Below are positions 49,001 to 58,700 of a stretch of DNA of 64,000 nt, piece after piece. The position numbers and the translations under genes are program-made. The DNA comes from Amoebophrya sp. A120 (Eukaryota > Protista > Dinoflagellata). The first letter of the stretch is position 1; every line of letters begins with the position of its first letter. The stretch spans positions 248,001-312,000 of the forward strand of contig CAJINV010000016.1 of the NCBI GenBank assembly GCA_905178155.1. The letters run 5' to 3'. The notes below the pieces were generated by a model that was not told the DNA's origin, did not search any database, and saw only the letters and a list, made by a program, of their open reading frames with translations.

Positions 49001-52000
49001 AAGTTCAGATTTGAAGATAACGCCGAGGAGGTGTTAGATCGTGCTCTAGTCGTGCCCCTACTTCGAGAGGGAGATAAAGACAACAAACTGGTACTAGACC
49101 GGGAGAGAAGACTGTTGGACTGCGCCAAAAGGTCATCTTCTTCTCCATCGGAGATGTGAGCATCGTTCTGACCGGCGCTTACTATTTCGTCCAGTCCAGT
49201 ACGATCATCTTCCATCTCCGCAACGTCTGACGAATCCTGCTGATCCGCTTCGCTCGCTGAATTCATCTCATCAGAGGGCGATGTAAGAATGTGCGTATCC
49301 AGCACCGCACCACGGTCTTCTGGTCTTTCAGACGGTGGAGTGAAGGAAGGCAGGCGGTGTAGCACTGCGTCATTGTCGTGTAGTAGTTCCATATTAGCAA
49401 GAGCTTCGTGCTCATCGTCGCCTAGAAGTGCGATTTCTTCAAACCCGGTCGCATCATCAGCTCCTGATGTCCGCAGAACATAATCGTACTCGTGGTCTCC
49501 GTCTCGCTGTGCTCGACGTGCATCGTTATAGTTCATCCGGACACCAGCGCCAACGTCTCCCATTTCCACGTCGCCCTCCTCCTGTTCCCCGACAGGCGAC
49601 GCTGACGGTGTTTCCCCGATTTCCGTTGTGCCCCTGCTCTCGGAGGTCGTCGCGGCAGGAGTCGTGGGCTTCGCGATCCTTGGCAGTAGTTGACCTTCAT
49701 CTTGCAGTAACTGTTCACTTTCTCCTTCTTGTTCCTCCTGCAGATCGTGCAGACGCGGTTGCTGGACTTCTACGTTGGAAAAATCAGCTGGTGAACAACT
49801 TCGGTGGTCCAGGTGGTCACAGTTTTCTCGCACAAGCACACTCTCTGTAGGAGGACCGAGCCGACCTGTGCTTGACGCGGCACCGCCGATAGAACGACCG
49901 GCAGCCATCTCCACATCGCCTGCTAGTTCAACTCGACGCGTACTATCTGGATAATTCTGCTCCTCGCCGTGTGGTTGTACTATGCTCCGTGGAACGTCAG
50001 TAGTCCAAAACCGCATTTCTTGCATCGCCGGAGCCGCACCTGCACTTACAGACGGAAGGGAGGAACCACCTGCCCCGGCAGCACCTGAACTAGTTCTGCC
50101 TGAGCCCCGACTTGATGTTCTGCCACTTGTCGCGCTGCAATCGTGCAGCCGCAAGTCCCCGCTGTTTTTCACCAAGAGGTAGAACAGCAGCGCAGCCGTC
50201 TCCTATGCAAAAACGTCCCCGTAATGCAAATCTGCATGCCGAAGATATCTCTCATGCGGAGCCCCATGGGAAGCATATCCATTTTCTAGCTGTGACGTTT
50301 CGAAATTTGTGATGCCCCAATCAGCGCGATGCGCTACGTCTGTGATGCTACTGCACTAGCTGAAGAGGATTACACTACGAGGCCAAGCTTGTCATGCGTA
50401 ATAGCCAAAGCGTGTTGATTTGTCTTGCAGATTTCCCAACTTGACGATGGGGTGGGGACGTTTTTACATATGATAAACCGCCGCCTCCTCCCCGATCGTG
50501 GAGACCAGGTCCATAATCGCCCGGTGCTGCACAAACGCCGCCACTGTCGACGTCGAGGGTTGCTTCGTAGTGCTTACAGTAGAAGTTCCACCAGCATTCA
50601 TTGTCATTGTGTTCGGAGCATTAGAAACGTTATTTGTCGTCGTGCTCGACGCGCTAGCTCCATTCCCGGCACTGTTCGGCGAAGCAGAACTACTTGCTGA
50701 CGCGTCTGTCGTTCTCCTTCCACGCCACGATTGCCTCCTCCTCCCAGGACCAGCAGCAGCAGCCCCAGCACTACCTCTGTTGTTCGCAGCCCTGTTTACA
50801 CCCCCACGAAGAAACCTCGGGACGACGGAAGGCGGAACCTCCATCCCATCGGCGTTCGCGAGTGTTCGCAGGTAGTCCAGCGTTATTCGATCATGGTCGG
50901 GGTCGAACCCGACGTACCGTTCTGCTTCGTGGTTTCGGCGGCGCAGACGCTGAATCCGGTTGCTCAGACGAGAAATCCGGGCACGCGGGGCACTGGTCGG
51001 TATCGGTTGCTGTGTAGATGAGGGGGTGTTGATCGGTTCTTCTACTTCATCTGTGGCTGTCGTACTAGGAAATAATGGTGGTGCAGCGTTTGGAGCACCT
51101 CCAGTGGGAGAAGCTGCAAGTGGTACTGCTTCGGATGCTGTCATTTCTTCGTCAACGAGCGGGAACAAAACAGCAGCGCGGTCTTGCAATTCGTGTGCGG
51201 TAGAAAAATCATGGTTGATTTCATCATGTTCGAGAGCTGCTGCTGCTCCAGAAGGAGCTGCCAGCAGCGTCTCGCTTTCAGCATCTGCCACGTCGAGAGT
51301 TTGAGTTGATCTGCTTGACGCGGCTTGTCCTTGTTCCGCAGCAGTTCGTAAAAATTCCTGCGGTACTAGGCCTATCCCAAACGGGGCTTCTGATTCTGTG
51401 GCGGGTGGCAGCACGTCGTGGTCATGTGAAGCAGCAACACCTGCTGCAACTCCAGCTACTCCACCACGACCCGGGCTCTGGTCCAGCGAAAGCCCCCGCA
51501 AGGCTGCGGCGGCAGACATGGGGGAGCAGGTGCTGTTTTCATCCAGAGCAAACAGAGACGACGTGGAAGACTTGTTACAGCGTATGCATTGCACAAGTAT
51601 CGTACTCGCACGAATGACAATCATGCATGACAAATTCCATTCCGAAAGAAAAATCAGCATGGCAGACTCCATTTTCGTTCTTGAAAAAATTTGCAATGCC
51701 ATTCATACTAGAACTAGTACGATACTTTTGCAATGCATACAGCGCAAGGTCGAGCAACTGCTCCCCGGTGTAGCTGTGCTGGCGCTGTCCGATACGGGGC
51801 TGGCAGCTGCAAAATCGTGATTTATGATGGAACTGGAGCTGCTACCACTAGAAGTCATTATCTTAGCTCCTGTGGTCCCATCTTCGCCAACAAGGTCGTC
51901 GTTTGAAATCTTCGAGTCGCTTTCTGTCTTCGCAGCACCTACAGCAGAAACATCCTCCAAACAACTGCCGGCCACTGTGCTGTTTTCATCGCGAGGTGCC

Positions 52001-55000
52001 TCGGGTTCTTCTTGTTGCGGCGACGTATCGGTACCTAAGTAGGAGGTTGCAGCAGCAGCACCATCAGCAACAGTAGCACCAGTAGAACTACAGGCAGCAG
52101 CTCCACCTGCAGCGAAAAGTCCGCTCCCACCAGAGATCCCCGACGAGGAAGCGCTGGCACTAGTACCAGCAGTACTACTCCCAGTACTGCCCTGCCGGTG
52201 GAAGTTGGTCTTCTGCAACAGTAGCCACGTCTGAAATTCCTGGTCTACGTGGTTTTTCAGGTTGTTCCAAAGAGATTCGCGCTCCCGTGGCGTGAAGGAT
52301 ATCGTGCGAGGACCACGATGATTGTGACTTTGAAGATTTCCGTCGTTTTCATGAAACAGTGCCAGCAAAGTGTCGATTTTCCGAATGTTCTATCAACAGA
52401 AAAAAAACCAATCCACTTTTTGCATGACAAACATAGAACTTGGTACGTGCTTTGCATGACAAATTGCATGTGGATGGGTGCTTTTTCCTGGATATGCTCA
52501 TCGGATTTTCCAAGAAGCACTGTCGCGGGCAAAGTTCCTGGTGCGTGCGCCACTCGCGGAGGGTCCACGAACAGGCCGCCGGTTTGGCTTGTGCTTGCGC
52601 TTTCGAGGCTGGCGGAAAGAGCTCGGCGGAAGGGGAGGGTGCAGCAGCTGCGTTGGAACCTGATTTTTACTGCGATCATTGCGAGTAGGAACGTAAAAAC
52701 CACACTCTATGGATCAGACGCAGATATCATGCGGCGAAGCCCTCGTCGAGCGGAAATCAGACAACTCAACGCAGAAGCCTCGTGTATGTTCATCTTCTGC
52801 AAAGCAGCAGCAGCAAAAAACCATATTTCAGTACCTCCTGGTCGCGCCACAGAAGAAGAAGAAGAAGCAGAAGAGGCTTCGCCCTGCTGCGGTCCACCCC
52901 CGTCGAAAGCCACTCCGTCTTCCGGCAGTCCTAACTCGAGAACTTCCTCCAATTTCAGCCATGTCCTGAGCTCAAACAGGCTCGGGAAAACCTCGCTTTT
53001 CGACCCGGTGCGGCAAAAGGGACAGCCGGTCTTCAACCCCCTGCCGCGGTCCTCATGGCTCGCGGCGCAGACGTTACAGAGGAAGTGGCCACAGGGGTAA
53101 ATGGCAACCTTTGGGACATCAAGGTCCGACACATTATGCTCAGCAGACTTGCTGCGACGATCGTAGTAGTTTATCCAGGAAAAAACACCCATCCCCATCC
53201 AATTTGTCATGCAAAACATGTATAAATTCCTTTGTTTGTCATGCAAAAAATGGATGGGGATGGGTGTTTTTTCCTGGATATAGTTTTTGTCTTTACTAGA
53301 CAGCGCATCAGTATTTTTGGACGACGACGTAGCAGCTCCGGTAGGAGTGCGACCTCCGGTGTTCGCTGCGCGACCATCTGCGTCTCGCTGTTCCACTACA
53401 TCGTCGCCGGCACAGGACGACAAACAGATTTGGCACTCAGTTTTCGCTTCAGTATGCACAGGAAATTTCCCGCACACGTACAAAAACAAAGAAATGCGGT
53501 CCCCGCATGACAAAACTGGACTTCGAATCTAGTGTAGCATGCCTAGTGTTACACTTCGAATAAGTGAAATTTGTGATGCATTTTGTACATGTACGGGAAA
53601 TTTGTCTTGCATATTCAGCCAACACAGACTCCCCATTGTAATCCATCCATTTCAGGGCGAAAAACAGCCGCAGCTCGTGCGACCGGAGCGGCCGATGAGG
53701 TGTGGTGCGGATATGCACTGCAAAAGCATCGTACTTGTACTAATCGCATTTATGCATTACAAATTTTTCTGTCAACGTCAAGTTAAATCCGCATTACAAA
53801 TTTCATTTCTCATGCTGAGGGAATTTGTCATGCGATTTATACTAGTACGATTATACTTTTGCAGTGCATAGCGGATTTTTCTCAGCCATCTCCTACTTCC
53901 TCTGTTTGGTTCTTGTTTGATCGCTGGTGTCAACATCCTTGTTCCTTTGATGTTCTCTGTCGTGCGTGAAAACCGCCTTTTTGAGTCGGGCTTTCGTCGT
54001 GGTTTTTTCTTGTCTCGTCTTGTGCAACTGCCATCGTCAACGTCGGGAACAAATCCCTGCAGCTGACTCACCCGAGAGGTGGACGACGGTGCATTTGTTG
54101 TTCCCCTCAGCGAAAGAACCTTGCTCTTCATGCCATCGACGGCGGAAGCTGCAGACGAGCATGAGGCTGGACAACCGCGTTGTGTCTGGCCCTGCAAGAT
54201 GGACGACGTTCCGCCTGCGGCACTGTCCATTGTGAGCTGCGTCGGGGCCCGTGCGAGGGTAGAGGACGAGGAGGAACTGGCTGTAGTGGGCAGCCCGTTT
54301 GAGGTTGACATCCCGCCCGACGACCTTCGGGGAAGCACGAGCCCATGTTCTGCATGATCGCCCGCGTCCCGTGGTGCAGCAGCATGACTGGCACCAGCAG
54401 GTCCCGATGATCCCGTTGCACAGCTGCCTAAGAGAGGCTCGTCTGTTATGGATCTGTCAGGATTGAAATCGTCAAGGTTGAAATGATTGGTCATGCATAA
54501 AATGCATAACGCGAAATACGTGTGTTGCAGAGCAGGCAAGGGAGGCCGATTGTAAGCCTGTTTGGAGTTAGAGCTCGAGCTGCTAAAGTAGCATGAGAAG
54601 AGCAGTCATCTTTGCCTAAACAGCATGACAAACTGTATCTAGGTATCACCAAAATTTGTCATGCGCCACTTGCAAACTGGGTTCTAACTGGCATCCATTT
54701 TATGCATCACAAACTATTTCAACTTTGACGATTTCAATCCTGACGCTTCCATATCTGCGGCAGTTACAGTAGAGGACAACAGTGGAACCGCAGCCGACGA
54801 GCAGCTACTGACGATACCACCCTTTCTCGCATCATTGTCCCGGTGCGAAGTAGAAGTAGACCTTGTTCCCGTCGTTCCACTCAAGAAATCGATGGATCGC
54901 GCCCCTGCTTCGTCAGCACTTTCGGATGCTTTTGCTGTTGACCTGCGAGCGTTACTTCCGGGCGAGGAGGGAAGAAAAGATGATCGGGAAGGCAGGGGTA

Positions 55001-55304
55001 GCAGCACTCGAGCTCGGCTAGATGAAGATGAGGGTTCTAGCGTCGGCCCGTTGTCCTGGTCTTCGATATTCAGGTAGGAGGCGGAGGCTGCACTAAAAGG
55101 GGCAAAATTGAAATAAATGACGGGGCTTATTGCGAACAAGCTGTGGAGCAAAAAGAGCAGAAGCTTGCCAGCTCGGGTTCGTCGTGGTCGAGGATGTGAG
55201 GTAGAAGTTGAAGGGTGTTTACCTTTAGGCAGGCTGGAGGGGACGAGCATGACAAAACTGGAACGGGAAAACAAAACCGAAAAAGGAACGGGCAGGTGGG
55301 CCAT
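46044..55304 (-). CDS. ~2,390-aa putative membrane RING-finger (C3HC4-type) protein; 9 introners plus one inferred GT-AG intron
   Basis: Removing 312, 164, 166, 114, 175, 109, 162, 282, 267 and 328 nt gives one frame. CQIC...PCGHFLCNVC...CPFCR is a RING-HC pattern. Hydrophobic N-terminal segment (LLLFLLHSLFAISPVIYF) and Cys-rich hydrophobic segments near the C-terminus. Confidence 0.8.
46185..46507. mobile_element. Introner family D (opposite orientation to 16430 and 54447)
   Basis: TIR tatgggagtgtcagga.cgaaatcg.caaagttga; DR tggtc/cggtc; 328 nt, restores frame. Confidence 0.92.
47176..47437. mobile_element. Introner family B (opposite orientation to 14256 and 58399)
   Basis: TIR tat....tgyaaaaatgtctgggtctggaaga; DR gcgat/gcgat; 267 nt, in frame. 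Confidence 0.92.
50199..50475. mobile_element. Introner family C (left terminus TCT instead of TAT)
   Basis: tctcctatgcaaaaacgtcccc ... ggggacgtttttacatatgata; DR agccg/aaccg; 282 nt, in frame. Confidence 0.85.
51583..51739. mobile_element. Introner family A
   Basis: TIR tatgcattgca.aagtatcgtact; DR cagcg/cagcg; 162 nt, in frame. Confidence 0.92.
52391..52494. mobile_element. Introner family E (opposite orientation to 53172)
   Basis: tatcaacagaaaaaaaaccaatccac ... gtggatgggtgctttttcctggata; DR tgttc/tgctc; 109 nt, gives ENPMS|IRKID. Confidence 0.85.
52660..52834 (-). other. Probable canonical GT-AG intron (175 nt)
   Basis: AG|GTACTG ... AAAATCAG|GT. It removes the in-frame TAG at 52707-52709 and supplies the needed frame change (RPGG|SNAAAAP). 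Confidence 0.6.
53172..53280. mobile_element. Introner family E; 3n and stop-free, inside the RING loop
   Basis: Perfect TIR of about 30 bp tatccaggaaaaaacacccatccccatcca; DR tagtt/tagtt; 114 nt. Confidence 0.92.
53453..53613. mobile_element. Introner family G
   Basis: tatgcacaggaaatttcccgcacacgtacaaaa ... ttttgtacatgtacgggaaatttgtcttgcata; DR ttcag/ttcag; 166 nt, restores frame. Confidence 0.92.
53712..53870. mobile_element. Introner family A
   Basis: TIR tatgcactgcaaaag..tcgtact.gta; DR gcgga/gcgga; 164 nt, restores frame. Confidence 0.92.
54447..54753. mobile_element. Introner family D
   Basis: TIR tatgga...gtcaggattgaaatcgtcaa.gttgaaat; DR tctgt/tctgc; 312 nt, in frame. Confidence 0.92.
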
Positions 55305-55786
55305 ATCTTTCTCTTCCTTATTCAGGTGGCCCTGGCCTCGCAGATGATGATGGACGATTAGGATCACGAGATGAAAATAGAGGACACATCGTGAACAAAA
55401 ATGCCGCTACTTCGTGTGGTATACCAACTATCATCGCTGAAGAACCGGTAACCCAGCTGTTGCCGGCCGCTTTCGCTTAAACACTGGTTTACAAAACAGG
55501 GCTACGTCGTCCTTCGCTCTCCCGCCAAAACACGAGGACGAGAGCAATCGAAATAAAATCAAAACCCCTCGGAGCTGCGGCTGACTCCGTTCAAAGATCA
55601 TGGTCGCGGGGCCAGCGAGTATAGAAGGACGCCGCCTGGCCGGGTATTAAGAGCGTAAGCTTAATGATGTCTTTTGGTATCAACTGTATCTGAGCATGTT
55701 TCATCAGTTCTTCATATCGTGTGTCTCGCGTTCCGTCGGAAAGAATTTCCTTCTGTCTTGTTCAGTGCTTCTGCTTCGACCAATCG

Positions 55787-58700
55787 TCACATACTGACCA
55801 ACCCCGGTCCCCGCATTCGCTTCTCCTCCTCTTCCTCAAACACAACTTTACAATCGCCAAACTTGCGTCGCAAATTTGCTACCCGTAGCATAGAATCTCC
55901 GCACAGACGTCGTGATTCTTGCAAGTGCAATGAGAGAAGTGAACCGTCAGAATAGCCAGTTGCACCATCATCTTGCGGTTCTCCACTCTGCGAGGCAGGG
56001 TTTGGACGACCACCAGGAACAGCACCTCGTTTTGTATCCGGCAGTAGCACGACCTCCGTTCCATCGAAATCCCGGCAATACCGCAACTGTTCCTCTTCCG
56101 GAATGATGATCACGTGTTCAGGCACAGAGGGTGCAACTACAGATGCAGTGCCTGCTCTACTTGGTGACCACACGGCATCCTCTTCCGCTCCTCGCCCCAC
56201 AGGTCTCGTCTCATTCACAGGCCTGCCGTCGCTGGCGCTTGCTGCAATTTGTTTGTTCTTCCCAGACGACCTGGTCACCCGATCAGAAACTACATCAGCG
56301 CCGCCCAACATTCCCAATTTCTTATACCGCTGCTCTGCTTTTTTCTTCGAGCAGAATCTTATTCCGCTCCTGTTCATCTGTGTTCTTGATGAAGATGACT
56401 TATGTCCCCAATAATTTGGTGCAACTGCCCCGTCTTTGTGCTTCTCACTATCAATGCCACCCTCAGTGGCATCTGCTGGAGTAAAGTTATGTTGTCGAAG
56501 ATGCGCAGGAGCACTAGTACCCGTTGCGGTGTTGAATGAGCACTTAGCAACAATGCCGCTTGTTCTATGCATCCGGGCAAAGTTCCCAACTCCGCCATAC
56601 CGCTCGACTATCCTCCGTATTCGCGCCCGAACCAAATGCCTAATTGTGGTTGCTACCGGATCTGTGTTGCCATGAAGATCCTGCGAAGATGCGTTAGAAG
56701 TTCTCGCACTTAGCACCCTCCCGCTCACCGGATCTGCGAAAACCTCCCTCGACAAAAAGGACCCCTGACTCAGCAACGCGTGCCTGCGAGTCCGCAGCAT
56801 GCGTGCTTTCGCGGCAGCAGATGGGCCGGTGGAAAAAACCGCTTCCACGTCTTCCGCAGAGGCGATGACAGGGGCGGATTGGAGACTACTTGTCGTCAAG
56901 TTTGCAGTTGATTTACTGCCTGTGCCTGCTGTAGTTCCTGTTGCTGACATTAATACCCCTGCGCCGTTGGTCGTGGTCGTGTTCAGCCGCGCTTCCAACT
57001 TCTTGGCTTGGATTTCTCGGTCGGACTTCGCCTGTCTCCTCTATCCAAGAAAAAAACAAAAAGTGTGTACGTGTAACGGTATAGGAAAGGCAGCATCACA
57101 AATAATTCGCTTTGCATTTTTTACAGAAAAAAGCTGTCATGCATAGCTACGCGCATGAAAACACGTATGAAACGTGGCTATGACGCACTTCACGCATGAC
57201 AGGCGTAAAAACGGTATTTTTGCATTTTTTGCATCACAAACTTCCAATTTACACAGTTCTTTTGTCTTGGATATCTTCAGCTGTTCGATCAACGCTTTTC
57301 GGGATTGTACCATGTACTGGGAATTGTTTAATGGATTAGGATATCAAATGTAAAAATGTCTGGGTCTGGAAGAATTCATGTTTGTCATGCTTGTCCGGCA
57401 TGACTGTTAAATCTGTCATGCACGTTACCCAAGAGCTCCGCTTTTCTGTGATGCAGTAGTAGTAGTGACCATTTGACTCCTGGCGGGTTGGCGTTAGAAC
57501 AGATCTAGCCTCTGCCAATACCTGGGCGTTAGAACAGATGTAGCCTCTGCCAATACCCCTAGGTGGATACCCGATCCACTTCCTAACTGCAGAAGCGCAG
57601 TTTGTCATGCAGAATAGGCAACACCTAGGAGCTCAGAAACTTGTCATGCTGAGCCAGCATTTGTAGCCTCATCATGAGACGCCACCCAGCATCACAGGCT
57701 TCCAGACCCAGACATATTTGCATTTGATATAGGATTTGAAGATGAACTACCACTGTTAAAATCCGCACCAGATGAAGCAGCAAGACCTGCTCCTGTCGTC
57801 CCTTGTTCAACAGAAGATCCATCGTGAGATATTGTGAGGAAAAATCCCTCCTCCCCACATTGAAAACGCATCCGTCTGAAAATCTGTGATGCGGATTTGT
57901 GCCCACAAATCCTGTCTGTCTTGCACGCAGGCAAATCCAGAGGATCCGCCGCACTATGCAGGCGGTTTGTGATGCTGTTGGGCCTACACTATCGACGTTT
58001 TTCACGCTAGGAGCCTACGCCAAAACATCGCGGCTCAAGCTTGGCATATACCTGCAGTTTCCTCTACTGCAAGACAAATGTGATTTGTGTACTGAAATCC
58101 AGCATCAGAAACTTCTTTTTGATATGGGGTGGGGAGATTTTTCCTTTTGATATGAGAAAGCTCCCCCTCGTCCCCATCAAATTCCTTCCCCGAGAACGGG
58201 TTCGGGGAATCGCAATCGTGCGTCAGAAACGCCTCCAGTTTCTTCCCCAATAAGTCTTTCGTCTCTCGCCATTTCTCGATGCCAAAATGCGTCCGCAAGC
58301 AGCTCTGGATGTGGTTCTCTCGGAAGGGCGTGCCGGCTTCGTACTTGGTTGCCGCGAGAAATTTCACGTACTTCTTCACTTGGTTCTCCCGCTTCTCCTA
58401 TCAACTGTAAAAATGTCTGGGTCTGGAAGATTGCCGGGTTTGTCATGCACATTTTGCATGACTCCTCAAGTCTGTGATGCATGCCCTAGCATCACAGATT
58501 TTTAGAGGGCTTCCTGATGCCTATTCCGCATGACAAATGCTCTTTCCGTGTTGCAAAATTTGGACTCTCTGTGCTGCTCATGCAATACAGATTTTTTTAG
58601 AATCCAAAATCAGCATGACAAGTTGGATTCTTCCAGACCCAGACATTTTTACATTTGATATCTCCCGGTCCGAAGGGGTCAGGTCGGCGAGCTTTTGTTT

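Noticed and set aside
52707-52709. In-frame TAG between two same-frame ORFs suggesting stop-codon readthrough
   Set aside because: A 175-nt GT-AG intron (52660-52834) removes it and gives the frame required by the next introner junction
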